From positions 308,450,001 through 308,514,000 of the forward strand of contig OZ024740.1 of the NCBI GenBank assembly GCA_964016885.1: 64,000 nt of DNA, written 5' to 3'. The notes below the pieces were generated by a model. It was not told the DNA's origin. It worked only from the letters and a program-made list of their open reading frames with translations, and did no database searches. Of the stretch, positions 11,130 through 23,389 are shown one piece after another; the first letter of the stretch is position 1, and every line of letters starts with the position of its first letter. The position numbers and the translations under genes are program-made. The DNA comes from Eledone cirrhosa (taxonomy: Eukaryota).

Positions 11130-12200
11130 TAGCCAACCAGTTAAAGGCAATTTTCCAAATTTGCTCAATTGAAACAAATCTACCAGTCATATAGGCTCCA
11201 TAGACACCTCTACTCTACATACACAACAATTATATATGAAGCTATCCAGAAGCTGGACAACATGATTTCGAGTGAAAATGGTTTGTCTGCTGAAATCCTG
11301 AAGAGCTATTCTGATATCTCGGTCCTCTTCCTGCAATATATGATCACATGCATCTAGGACGTGGAACCTCTTCCACATGACCGAAATGATGCAGGTCTCT
11401 CCTTTCTTGAAGAAATATGATAGGTGCTGTTGTAGTAACACCGGGGTATTAGTTTGATCGATATTGCAGCCTAGATATTCACCATCATATGATCAACACA
11501 CCCAACCAAATCAGTGTGTCAGTATGGTTTTAGCAAGGGCCAAGGCTACACAAATTAAATATTCACCTTGAAAAGGGCTCTGGAACAATGCTGGAGCTAC
11601 CAGCAACAGACCATTACATATTTTCAGTATGTCAGTATAGTTTTATGTGGGCCAAGGCTATACAAATTAAATCTTCACCTTGAAAAGGTCTCTGAAACAA
11701 TGCTAGAGTTACCAGCAACAGACCATCACCTGTTTTGTGAACTTTGAGGCAGCTTTTGATTCTCTCCATTGCAGTACACTCTGGAACATCATGATCACAT
11801 ATAGGCTGCCTGTGAAGCTGCTGAACCTAATTAGAGCATACTACAGCTCTACATAAAGATTAACTGTTAAACAAGGAAACTGACTCCTTTGAAATTTACT
11901 TTGGTTTTTTTACAGAACTCTGTACAAACCCCAACACTTCAATTTTGCCATCAGCTGGATTGCAGAGCATGCTCTGAAGGTTTCCAATGCATTGTGAGAC
12001 GAGACTTCACTGTTACTGATCGTAACTATACTGACGACCTCACAATAATTAGCAATAATTACATTGATGTTCAATCAGCCATTTAATACCCCAGTTTTTA
12101 CGTATTATATGTTGGCATGAAAATCCATGCAACCAAGATGAAGATAATATCTGCTGACATCTTGTCCTCTGGAAAGGTTCTTGTCATACTCTGTAGCAAT
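11130..12200 (+). mobile_element. Old RTE-like RT remnant
   Basis: Traces RGISLIDIA, CFVNFEAAFDS, YTDD, with many stops. A similar minus-strand remnant is at ~6400-7250 (FKYL). Confidence 0.55.
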
Positions 12201-12731
12201 ATTCTGATATTTCTACAATATACTGTATATCCTTACAGCATGCTGTATTTCTCCACTGCATACTATATCTTGTGTTTGGATCTCTGACATTCCCAACAAT
12301 GAGTGTTCCAGTTGTTCAAAAAAATTGAAGAGCCTGCTCATAAGATTAACATGTAAGTGGCTGAGCATTCCATAAACGCATGTAGCCTTAACATAGTTCT
12401 CAGAGAGATTCAATGTGGCACTGTGTAACAAGGCTGGCTCTTTGAATTATAGGTACAACCCATTTTTACGAGCTGACAGGACTGAAGCAATGTGAAAAAA
12501 CGTGTCTTGCTGAAGGATACAATATGCCACTGGTAATCAAATTCACAACCATATGATTGTGAACAGAAGACCCTATTCACTAAGCTATGTGCTTCCACTT
12601 GCTATGTCTTATTACTATATACTTCTGATATATACTGTACTTCCTTTGTTGTGGATCTTTATTATCTGTTATTTCCACTATATTATGTGCCTCTTTGTCA
12701 CTCCAGATGTCTCTGTTCGTCTCTATTACAG

Positions 12732-12896
12732 GGTGATGTGCCAGCAGCACGAAGTATCTTGGCTCTCGCATTTCAGGCCAACCCAAATAGTGAAGAAATC
12801 TGGTTGGCTGCCGTCAAACTAGAGAGTGAAAACAATGAATATGAACGTGCTCGACGTTTATTGCAGAAGGCCCGTGCAAGTGCACCAACACCCCGG
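12732..12896 (+). CDS. PRPF6: PRPF6 exon: [55 protein letters not shown]
   Basis: tacAG acceptor and GTAAGG donor. Visible in ORF 12651..12944. Confidence 0.97.
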
Positions 12897-12979
12897 GTAA
12901 GGGATCCAACTTGTTTCTTTCTTTCTGTTCCTTTATCTTATTAAGCTCCACTGTCTTTGTTCTCTGCTCCATGTTGTCT

Positions 12980-13380
12980 TCTGCTTGCTTTCTGCACCCT
13001 TTTTTCTCCTTCACTCTCTTGTACACTCTTTTCTCTCTGCTTCCCTTCTCTTCCTCTCCCCTCCAGTTTTCCCTCTCTCACTTCCTTTTCCATGTCTCTC
13101 TCCTCCTATTCTCCCTCTCTCTCTTTCTTCTTCATGTCCCTCCTATTTTCCCTCTCTCACTTCTCTTCTCTCTATCTCTCCTCCTGTTTTCTCTCTGTCT
13201 TTCCTGTTTTCCCACTCACTTCCCCTCTCCCTCTCTCCTCCTGTTTCCCTTCTCTCTATCTCTCCTCCTCTCCCTCTCACTCACTCTTTCCATATCTGTT
13301 TTTCTCTCCAGTTTATCTTAGTCTTTTCCTTGTGTCTCTGTCCCTTTCTCCAACTCTACCCTCCCTCTGTTTTTGATCTC
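12980..13380. repeat. ~400-bp polypyrimidine (CT-rich) tract
   Basis: Almost purely C/T on the + strand. It explains the L/S/F/P-rich ORFs in all three frames. Confidence 0.9.
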
Positions 13381-13483
13381 TTCAGAATTCTTTGATTAGT
13401 CATTGAGGTAGACATTTTTAAAAGAAAGTGGTACCTATATATGTTAGGTATCTCCTATTCTAGCTAGCAGAAAAATGACACCT

Positions 13484-13850
13484 ACTCTCAGGTCCCAAAT
13501 AATAGGGGGCAGTTGGAATAAGTGAGGGAGTTGGAATATGTGGGTGGAGGATCAAATAGAGGAGTTGGAAAATAATAATTTTTCTAGGTTGTCTCCGTTG
13601 ATTTTTTTTTAAAAACCAGAATTTAGTTTAGTTTACATATTGAGACCCCCCAACTCATCCTATTTATTTTATATCGTATGGGATTTCTAGTAATGTAATT
13701 TTTTTGTCATGTATAATGTTTTTTTTTTTTAATGTATAAAGAAAATTCTCGCAGGAATGCTACCACTTAAAATAAAATTTCGCCAGAGATAGATTAGCAA
13801 AATTTAATGGGGGGAGGGGGGTCTGGAAAATGAATAAGCTTGGGTGACGA
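13484..13850 (+). mobile_element. Non-autonomous DNA transposon (TIR tactctcaggtcccaaataat)
   Basis: Homologous copies at ~7843-8147 (+) and ~54570-54921 (-). A short version with both TIRs is at 53761-53860. Confidence 0.65.
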
Positions 13851-14016
13851 TTATCCATGTGTATTATCAGTCAAAATGTTAAGTGCCCTCCCTTCTTCGG
13901 TATGTTTAAGGGGTTTTATGTTTTGTCAATTTAAATGCTGAGTATCCTCTATTTAAGATGTCTAAGAGTTAATAGATGTATATAAGTTCAGATGTTGAGG
14001 TTTTTTTCTATTGTAG

Positions 14017-14118
14017 GTAATGATGAAGTCAGTGAAGTTAGAATGGTGTCTAGGAGAGATTGATAATGCCAAACTATTGTTGGAAGAAGCTGTCAAACAT
14101 TACCCTGACTTTGCTAAG
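14017..14118 (+). CDS. PRPF6: PRPF6 exon: [34 protein letters not shown]
   Basis: ttgtAG acceptor, GTATCT donor, 102 nt, phase 0-0. Matches V.MKSVKLEW...EEA..HY.DF.K. Confidence 0.93.
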
Positions 14119-14195
14119 GTATCTATCTATATCATCACCATCATCGTTTTTATATATCTAACTATGTGTGTGTTTATATATATATATATATATAT

Positions 14196-14790
14196 ATAGT
14201 TTTAATATAGAAGAGATTCTACAGGACTAGAACTGTTTCATTCATTAGAAATCATCAGGAATCTGGGTATCAAAAGATAAATATGGTATTTATAGGTCTC
14301 TACAAGTGGTAGGAGAGGGTGGGGAGTGGGATGGGTGCAGGTCATTGGTTGATAGAGAAGGGAATTCATTAAAGGCTAATTCTACATAGCTATAGTTAAT
14401 TTATATTTATTTATGTTTTTAGAGTAACAAAGGCAGACAGAAATCTATAAACAAGTTCCGGATGGCATACCATTCCTTGTCAATAAGTTTCTGAGAAACT
14501 TATTGACAAGGAATGGTATGCCATCCGGAACTTGTTTATAGATTTCTGTCTGCCTTTGTTACTCTAAAAACATAAATAAATATAAATTAACTATAGCTAT
14601 GTAGAATTAGCCTTTAATGAATTCCCTTCTCTATCAACCAATGACCTGCACCCATCCCACTCCCCACCCTCTCCTACCACTTGTAGAGACCTATAAATAC
14701 CATATTTATCTTTTGATACCCAGATTCCTGATGATTTCTAATGAATGAAACAGTTCTAGTCCTGTAGAATCTCTTCTATATTAAAACTAT
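14196..14790. repeat. Perfect palindrome, 297-bp arms, 1-nt spacer (G14493); probably inverted Penelope-like pLTRs
   Basis: Centre caataagtttct-g-agaaacttattg. The arms match out to atagttttaa (14196) and ttaaaactat (14790). Confidence 0.95.
14722..14772 (+). ncRNA. Type I hammerhead ribozyme fold (mirror copy on the - strand at 14214-14264)
   Basis: agattc-CTGATGA-t ttc taat gaa t-GAAA-cag ttctagtc ctg-TA-gaatct. Helix I is 6 bp, the core is intact, helix III is 4 bp and the cleavage triplet is GUA. Helix II is weak, with U.U at its base. Confidence 0.65.
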
Positions 14791-15212
14791 TATACTCTGC
14801 TATGTATTGAGTACCTTACTTACTGTGGTTACCTCCGATTCAACCCGGAATAACGTATATATATATATATATATACACACATACAAAATATATGCATACT
14901 ATTAAAACATTAGCATACATCGATTTGAGGAGGAATGTATAGATTAAACTAATTCCCATATTTTATTACATCAACTTCAGAAGGTTGAAGACACGTCAGC
15001 CTTTGATGATTTCAACACTGAATGTAACGATATAAAGGGAGGTAACTAAATACCTTTACCACGAATCCACTGCCTTTACCATTAACACACCCACATTACA
15101 CTGAAAAAGAGACAAAAAAAAACAAACGTAGCTTACAAAACACACACAGTAATGTGAATATAAATATGTTTTTTTATATATATATATTATATATATTAAA
15201 AACAAAGCAAGT

Positions 15213-15355
15213 TTTAAGGTCTTTATTGATTATATACAGTTACGACTGCTTCACAGATGGGTGCCTCAGGATGGATGTAAATGCTATAGATCTAACTCCT
15301 GAGCCACCCATCTGTGAAACGGTTGTAATTGTGTTTAATCAATAAAGACCTTAAA
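15213..15355 (+). repeat. Imperfect long hairpin (~56-59-bp stem, ~25-nt loop) in a PRPF6 intron
   Basis: aaggtctttattgatta...tcacagatgggtgcctcagga pairs with tcctgagccacccatctgtga...taatcaataaagacctt. Confidence 0.85.
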
Positions 15356-15540
15356 CTTTTAGCATTTAAACCGGCCATATTCGGCCAGAATTCTCTCACT
15401 TCTTTCTGTTCAAACCAGCCATAACTGTCCACTCATACCAATGTCAAGGTATTGTTCTCAAAATAAATAATATCAAAATCTCATAGATTTGATATTATGT
15501 GAGATAAAGTGTTTACTGTGAAAATGTAAATGCTAAAGGG
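15355..15540. mobile_element. piggyBac-type MITE
   Basis: TTAA-acttttagcattt ... aaatgctaaaggg-TTAA (degenerate TIRs, TTAA flanks). Confidence 0.55.
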
Positions 15541-15875
15541 TTAATGTGGAACCTCACTATGTTTTTAATATATACACTCTGCTATAGCATAGAGTGCTGA
15601 TTTTGGTACCATCCTTAGTAAACCACGAACCTACTGAACCACATGTATATATATAAGCATATGTACATAGATACATATGTGTACTCATACAGACATAGTA
15701 ATAGTATAAATTACATGCTACCAAGGCAGACACACACCAATATGAAACTAACACTTCTGTTTTGTTATCAATCTTCTTACAAAATTTTTTAAATCAAATA
15801 GTTCTCACATACTACTGAGTCAATATGGACTTTAAATAACCCTGATAACTATTGTTTTGTTTTTTGTTAATTCAG

Positions 15876-15950
15876 TTATGGATGATGAAAGGTCAAATTG
15901 AGGAGCAGCGGGGTAACATACATGTTGCTAGAGATGCTTATAATCAAGGG
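15876..15950 (+). CDS. PRPF6: PRPF6 exon: LWMMKGQIEEQRGNIHVARDAYNQG
   Basis: ttcAG acceptor and GTAAGT donor. Matches LWMMKGQIEEQ...AR.AYNQG. Confidence 0.95.
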
Positions 15951-16550
15951 GTAAGTTTGCTGTAATGTTACTTTGGTGTGTAACTCCCATGAAGCTGGTT
16001 TACTGTCCGAATTTTCCATATACCCAACATGTAACTGCCACTTGTATAAGCAAACTGTGGTTATTACTTGTTTTAAATATGTTACTTATTACCCTAAACA
16101 TGTGTTGCTTTACCTCATTGCCATCACACACACTACACGGTGCCTCGATAAAAAGCAACCAGTCCATGCTGTAAATGTGGTTGGCATTGGGAAGGATATC
16201 CAACTGTAGAAACCAAGCCAGAAACAGTTCCATGTAAGATATGGTCACCTGATTTGACTTGTCTCACAACAGGACAACTCATCCAACCTATGCTAGCATG
16301 GAAACTGGACGTTAAACGGTGATAATGATAATTACACACACATTAATCCATGTCCAGTCGTATTCTTCCTACTCAGCCATATATATTACTTTTGATGATG
16401 CTTCTTTGTAATACTCGGTATATTTTCCCTCTTGTTTTTATTAAATTATATATATATATACATATATGTGTGTATATACACACACATATAGCTAGATAAA
16501 GTCCCGATCGCAGCACAGTGACTTATATAATTCTATACTGGTTACTTCAG

Positions 16551-16684
16551 TTAAAGAAATGTCCAAATGCCATACCCCTCTGGTTGTTACTGTCCCGACT
16601 GGAGGAAAAAGCTGGTCAACTGATTAAAGCCCGTTCCATTCTGGAGAAGGCCAGATTAAAGAACTCTCATTCACCAGATCTATG
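16551..16684 (+). CDS. PRPF6: PRPF6 exon: [44 protein letters not shown](W)
   Basis: ttcAG acceptor and GTAAGT donor. Matches LKKCP...[25 protein letters not shown]. Confidence 0.95.
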
Positions 16685-17321
16685 GTAAGTTTTTTTTTTT
16701 TATACATTTAGAGTATCTGTTTACTGTAGTACAGAGCAGGCGAGAAATAACAGTCAAATCTTTCTTAAATCAAACCCTATTGTCTTTAAAAAAACCAAAG
16801 TACATTGGATAATGTAGTCCTAGATATATTATATTTGTAAAAGAGATGGCTGGAACACCTTTATTCTGAGGCATGTCCTAGGAGCTAAACAATGACAACA
16901 ACATGTACCATCTACTACCATCACATGTCTACACCACCATGACCCACCACTATTCTAGCTACCATCACAGGACCTACCTCTACTCTAGTTACTATTCATT
17001 ACTCTCATAACCTATTTCTGGATAATGTGATCTCTGATATACCTAAAGATGGGTTTGTCACAGCTGGAATATATTTGACCATAGGTTTGCTTGATTAACT
17101 GAGCTACTATCAGACTACCATCACATTTTCACACTACTAATATAAATAAATTCATACTCCACCAGCTATCATCACACAACTCTGTTTCACATCAATCTTT
17201 TCAGCCATTCCTATTACATTTCAAATGTTACATATTACACTCTTCTTTAATAACAAAATCAATTATTGATCTCCTGATTCCCCTTATACTATTTTACACT
17301 CTTCAACATAATCTTTTTCAG

Positions 17322-17389
17322 GTTAGAAGCAATCCGTGTTGAGAATCGTGCTTCCTTAAAGAATATTGCACAGACACTTATGGCCAAAG
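17322..17389 (+). CDS. PRPF6: PRPF6 exon: LEAIRVENRASLKNIAQTLMAK
   Basis: ttttcAG acceptor and GTATTT donor. Matches WLE.VR.E.RA.LKNIA.TLMAK, phases 2 and 1. Confidence 0.93.
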
Positions 17390-18169
17390 GTATTTCTGGT
17401 TTTTTTTTCTCTTCCTCATTTACACTTGCTCTCCTCCACCTCTCTTTTTATTGTGCATATATATATATATATATAATAATTGTTTCTACTATTGGCACAA
17501 GGCCAACTATTACCCAGTACATTACTGGTACTTTATTTTATCAACCTTGTAAGGATGAAAGGTAAAGTTAACCTCAGCGGGATTTGAACTCAGAATGGCA
17601 AGCGCCGTAACTCTATGCGTCAAAGCATGGCGCCCGACCCTCTACCGATACTGCCAATTCACCGCACTCGTATATATAATAATGAAAATGATTGTGTACA
17701 GTGGCTCAGGTGCACTACAACTCATCAAAGATGCATGTATAGTACATAGAATAATGTACAAATGTGAGGGAAGTGAACAGTGTATGAGTCATGATATACA
17801 TGTGTGCATGTGTATGGAGAGGGAATATCAGGTGTAGTGTTGGCAAATTTCGGGAAACATGGACGTTTTGAAGGATGCAGTGTCCCAACAGCTAACAACT
17901 GATGCAGATGTGTGTGTGCACGTGTGTGTAAGCTGGAGACAATCATCTACTCTGGCTTGGTTCACATCCGGAAAATTCATCAAATCCATGCTAGCGTGAC
18001 AAATTGGACATTAAATACTGATGAGGATATATATATATATATAAAGTTCCTGTAACTGGTGTAGCCAGCCGTTGGGGTGCCACCCATCATGTGTGGAAGG
18101 CTTGTCCAATCCTTGATTTTACAAGACCAGATTATTCTGTCTATCTTCTTTGCACTCCTTCAACAAGTT

Positions 18170-18680
18170 TTCTGTTACCTAGGTCACCTAATCAGCTGTG
18201 TGGTAGTGTGTGCCAGAGTAAAAATGGGCTACAAAAACTTTAATTAGCTTATACCGCTGCTGACAACAAATGACTTCTTACTCAGAGAGAAGGGTTGACT
18301 GTATGGTGCCTGCATGCATATAATGATGTTACATAGGCTTTGACTGCAGATGATCTGCGAAGACTAGAAAGAAATGATGTGAGTATGCTCCGGAGGATGT
18401 GTAATGTTAGTATGAAGAACATATAAGTGTGCTGAAAGGAATTGGATGTAGTCTACAAGAAAGAAAACTGCACTGGTATAGATATGTAATGCATATGGAA
18501 TGATGCTGTATTAAAGAAATGCAGATAAATCTCAGTAGATGGGACTTATAGAAGAAAGAGACTTAGGATGACATGGAATTAAGTACTGAAGACCAATGTT
18601 AGGAAGCTAAACCACACAACCAAGATGACAAAGGACCATGAGGATTGGTGATATACTGTACTACAGAAGACTCACCTACT
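18170..18680 (+). mobile_element. Old copy of the RTE family seen at 1006-3677 (C-terminal part)
   Basis: FCYLG...DDLRRLERND.SMLRRMCNVS...RKLHWY traces. Confidence 0.7.
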
Positions 18681-19742
18681 TGTATAAAAACAAGATGACC
18701 TGTACACCTTTATATACTCCATCCTAAACACCCTCCATCCTAAACATCCTCTGTGCAGATGTGATCATCATATTTATACTCAGGCCCTCCACATCACCCT
18801 GTTAAATCCCACCACACTTGTCATAACTTCTTAGAAATGTTCTCATCACTGGACCCCACTCTCCTCTATCCAAGATTATTCCTACCCTTTTCCTCATACA
18901 TCATCCTATTAAATCCTTGTCATACACCCATGATGTTGTATTTTCTCACATATTCCTGGGAGGGTCGTGGTGGCAGAGTCCTCAAGCACACCTACCTGTG
19001 GGTCCTGTTAGAAGCAACCATCTCCAGTTGATCTGGCTGGATCCCTAAACAAGACTGCCCAAGCTCTTGGATGATATCCAACCATCTTGCTCTGGGTCTC
19101 CTGCCAGTTGGTTTTGCCTGTAAAATCTGTCCAGCAATTCTTTTCCAGAGACATTCTATTTTCTCACCCCTTTTCAATTTACTCCTGGATAGAAAACTGG
19201 TGTACCACAGGTAACTTTTCCAACAGATTTGTCTCTTCACAAACCAGCAAAAGACTCGTCAATGATATTGTGCTACCACTACTTATAGCTTGCGAGACTC
19301 AGCCATTCAGAAGTTTTAGTAGTATCATGGCCTTGAAATAATGTAGTTCTTTGCCTACCTACTAAGCCATACCCTATCTATCCATTCATGAATGGAGTTT
19401 ATTTCAATCTTTTACTATTCCAACAGACCTATGATCACTGATTCATTTTTTTTTATACATAGTTTATCTAGGACAACATTTTCTAATGTGCCCTTTCTTT
19501 TTTAAAGCTGTTAGAATGTGATTTGAAGGACATTTAGCTGCTATTTCTTGCAGGACAAGCAACTGTGTAGAGATTCAGCAAGACAAAGTTCTAATAGCTG
19601 GCAGTTACTGTAAAACTAATATCATTTTGATAATAATAATGAAAATATTGTGTACAGTGCTCAGGTGCACTACAACTCATCAAAAAGTGTATGTATAGTA
19701 CATAGGGTAATGTACAAACGTCTTTGTCTTTCTAAATTGCAG

Positions 19743-19881
19743 CCAAACAAGACTGTACAAGTGCAGGAATTTTGTGGGCAGAGTCCATCTTCATGGAACC
19801 TCGGCCCCAGCGCAAGACCAATTCTGTTGACGCCCTCAAAAGGTGTGAACATGATCCTCATGTATTACTTGCTGTCTCCAA
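19743..19881 (+). CDS. PRPF6: PRPF6 exon: (A)[45 protein letters not shown](K)
   Basis: ttgcAG acceptor and GTAAGT donor. Matches [30 protein letters not shown]. Confidence 0.94.
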
Positions 19882-20483
19882 GTAAGTGAACTGACTTTTA
19901 TGATTTTTTTTTTGGGTGGGGGGGTCTTTCCTTTATCCCAATACTCTTCTCAGATCCACAGATCATTCCTGACTTACGGCATCACATAAGTATTTCTTCT
20001 GCCAGTATGTATTTATTTAATCAACTTAAATGTCTATATAGAGCTGCTAAGTCATGCCAGACCAGGAGAAGTAGCTAATGCCTCTTATAATTGAGAAACA
20101 AAAACAAGAGAAGTTGAGAGAGAAAAGAAAAAAAAGAGGAGGCAAAAATAAAAAAATAAGATGAAAAACAAAAATATCTTTGACAATGTTACACCTCCAG
20201 TCTTGGTAGTTTTTTTAAAGACCAGCTTCAAGATATCCTCTCTCACACATTGGTAGTTTTTACATTGCATTTCACCTACTGTCATCATCATTATCATCAT
20301 TGTTGTTCTTTCAGTGAGTTACTTTATGTATCTCACCATCAATTCCACCACTATTACTATATATACCATCACATCCACTACTATGATTACTTTATATACA
20401 TTACCATCATCACTACTGCTATCATATCCACTACCATTATTTTTACTCTACATAAACTATAATGCTACCACCACTATTATCAT

Positions 20484-22171
20484 TCATCATCATCATCATC
20501 ATCACCGTTTTACGTCCGTTCTTCCACGCTAGCATGGGTTAGACGGGTTGTCCTGTTGTGGGCAGTGTCTGGTCGGCTGACCATGCCTTGCTCATACAGG
20601 AACTGATCTGGCTTGATTTCTACAGCTGGATGCCCTTCCTAACACCAACCTCATTTACAGTGAGTGCTGGGTGCTTTTTCGTGGCGCCTACACGTCCACT
20701 TTACAGTGTGGGCTGGGTGCTTTTTTGCCGTGGCACCTCCACGACCACCTTGCGGTGGGGGGGGGGGGGGGGGGGGCATATTGTTTATATGCTTCAGCAT
20801 GTACCCATGGGAGGTCGGGTACCCTGTATTACTGCGTGACGCCAGAAGTCACGGTCGTGTGTCATTGACTTTGAGAGGTGTAGTTGGGTAAGGTCGGCTT
20901 TTATCACCTCATCCCAAGTCATCTTGGGTCTCCCCACTCCGCGGTTTCCATCAACTTCTAGTGCTCTGCACCTTTTTATGCAGCTGTCATCCTTCATACG
21001 CATCACATGTCCATACCAGCGTAACCGCCTCTCCTGCACGCAGCATTTGATTCCTCTTATGCTCAGTCTCTCTCTCAATTCATTTATGCTTTGTCGTTCA
21101 CGTATATTACTGTTACACATCCATCGGAGCATGCAGGCTTCGTTTCTCTCTAATCTACGTAAGTCTTCCACCTTCAGCGCCCAGGTCTCACTACCATGCA
21201 ACATCGCTGTTCGGATACACGCATCATACAGTCTGCCTTTCATTCTGAGGGAGAAGCCTTTTGCAGCTAGCAGTGGTAGTAGTTCCCTAAACTTCTTCCA
21301 TCCCGTTCTTACCCTAGTTATTGTACTTTCTGAGCACCCACCTCCGTTGCTAATTCGGTCACCTAGGTAGCAGAAGCTGTCTACTGTTTCTACAGGGCCC
21401 TCCCAGAGATTGGTGGTACTTGTTTCCTGTGGCTGTTTGCTTGCTGTTTCAGCACAGCTGCTGCATGTGAATCCTACATTCTTAATTAAGCTTCCTGAGA
21501 TCCCGCTACATCTCTTGTGTACCCATTGTTTGCATTTGGGGCAAAGAATGGAGTTCCTACCTACACCTTTCCTACATACTGAGCAAGGCCATTTCCCTGA
21601 GGGGATCTGGGTTCTGTTTTCTCGTCTACTTATAAGGACCTTAGTCTTTGTCATGTTGACTTTGAGGCCCTTTCTCTCTAGTCCCTGCTTCCAGGTTTGG
21701 AATTTATTCTCTAGTTCTACCATAGATTCAGCTATGAGTGCGAGGTCATCAGCATACAGGAGTTCCCATGGGCATCCGGTCTTAAACTCCTCCGTTATTG
21801 CCTGCAGGACTATGATGAACAGGAGAGGGCTAAGAACAGAGCCCTGGTGGACCCCAACCTGTACGCTAAATTCCTCGCTATACTCATTGCCAATCCTAAC
21901 TTTGCTGACTGCTCCCCTATACATGGCTTGTACCGCTTTCACAAGCCATTCATCTACTCCTAGTTTTCTAAGAGCCCACCAGATTACTGCACGTGGAACT
22001 CTGTCAAAGGCTTTCTCAAGGTCGACAAATGCCAAGTAGAGTGGCTTACTTTTAGCTAGGTACTTTTCCTGTAATTGCCTCACAAGGAAGAGCGCATCAG
22101 TGGTGCCTTTCCCTGGAACAAACCCAAATTGCATCTCGTCTATATTCACCCGGTCCCTAATCAGCTGTGCT
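20484..22171 (-). mobile_element. RTE-clade LINE, copy 2 (more heavily 5'-truncated), in a PRPF6 intron
   Basis: Nearly identical to 1006-2688 (offset 19483 over the ORF). ORF 20794..22171 is open, and a (GAT)n tail is present. Confidence 0.94.
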
Positions 22172-23389
22172 GTACTGTACAGCATACCATTACTTTCTTG
22201 GTTTTTTGTTAACTTATTTGTGATACATTACATCCTTCTTCCAATGTTTTTTTTCTGCTACAGGTATCTTTCACTACGAGTACAACATTTGGTATATTAT
22301 ATACATTGGTATATTATATACACTTTCACTTCTGCTATCATTGGTGTTCTATATAAATGACCATGAGATTTGTACCTAGAAAGCTCCCCTCCAAAGCACA
22401 AGTCCAGTCAAGGTTTATTTGTGGAAGACCAGCAGTTGCCCATGCATACCAGTCTCCCCTCACCACGCCACTGATGTTTTCCTAAGGAAAGGCAATGGCC
22501 GATACAGCTTGGCACCAGTGATGTTGCAACTCATTTCTACAGCTGAGTAAACTGGAGCAACATGAAATGAAGTGTCTTCCTCAAGAACACAACGCATCAC
22601 TCAGCCCGAGAATCAAACTCACAACCTCCCATACACCATCGTTTTTACCCTATATACAGTATCACTTCCACACCCTCCATCACTATTGCACTATGTACAC
22701 TACCACTATCATTCTCTACAAACTTCTTCCACCTCTATTCTTATTACTGGCCTAAACATGTTGATTCTACATTGCAGGTTGTTTTGGACAGAACGAAGAA
22801 TCACAAAAGCCAGAGAATGGTTCAACAGAACAGTAAAGATCGACCCTGATTTAGGTGATGCCTGGGCATATTTCCATAAATTTGAATCCATCCATGGCAC
22901 AGAGGTAAGAAGGTTGTTTATATGATGATGTCTGAGTCTAACAGCTCAGGTGATAGTCACACTGTCAGAATATAACTATAGACTGCCAATTGTATTCATA
23001 GCTAGTTAATTAGTGGTTGACCCAATCTTCATAAAAATGTTAGTGTAACCTGCATAACTTTGAAACATAGACATTGAATGTGGAAGATGTATGAATGCTG
23101 GGTAGGAATAAGAGGACAGAATGATCTAGTGGATGTGTAACATTAACTTGCTTGAAGTGCACTGAGTGAACAACTGGGCATTAGAATCATCAGTGTATTT
23201 TGGGAAGAGAGACAACTGCGCTGGTATAGACATGAAATGTGAATGGATAATGAGTGCTGGGTGAAAAAATGTTGTACTCGTAGTGAAAGATACCTGTAGC
23301 AGAAAAAAAACATTGGAAGAAGGATGTAATGTATCACAAATAAGTTAACAAAAAACCAAGAAAGTAATGGTATGCTGTACAGTACAGCA
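22168..23389. repeat. 123-bp inverted repeat pair (22168-22290 and 23267-23389) bracketing the penultimate PRPF6 exon
   Basis: The two arms are exact reverse complements by eye. The ORF track shows the same peptide (AVLYSIPLLSWFFVNLF...RVQH) on opposite strands. Confidence 0.93.
22778..22904 (+). CDS. PRPF6: PRPF6 penultimate exon: [42 protein letters not shown]
   Basis: ttgcAG acceptor and GTAAGA donor. Visible in ORF 22572..22925. Confidence 0.96.

Noticed and set aside
12911-13395. Three overlapping hydrophobic ~136-aa ORFs resembling membrane proteins
   Set aside because: Produced by an intronic CT-rich tract that lacks stop codons.
20460-22345. Target-site duplication for LINE copy 2
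   Set aside because: There is only loose similarity (cact.ctgctatcat at ~20411 and ~22327), and it is not directly at the junctions.
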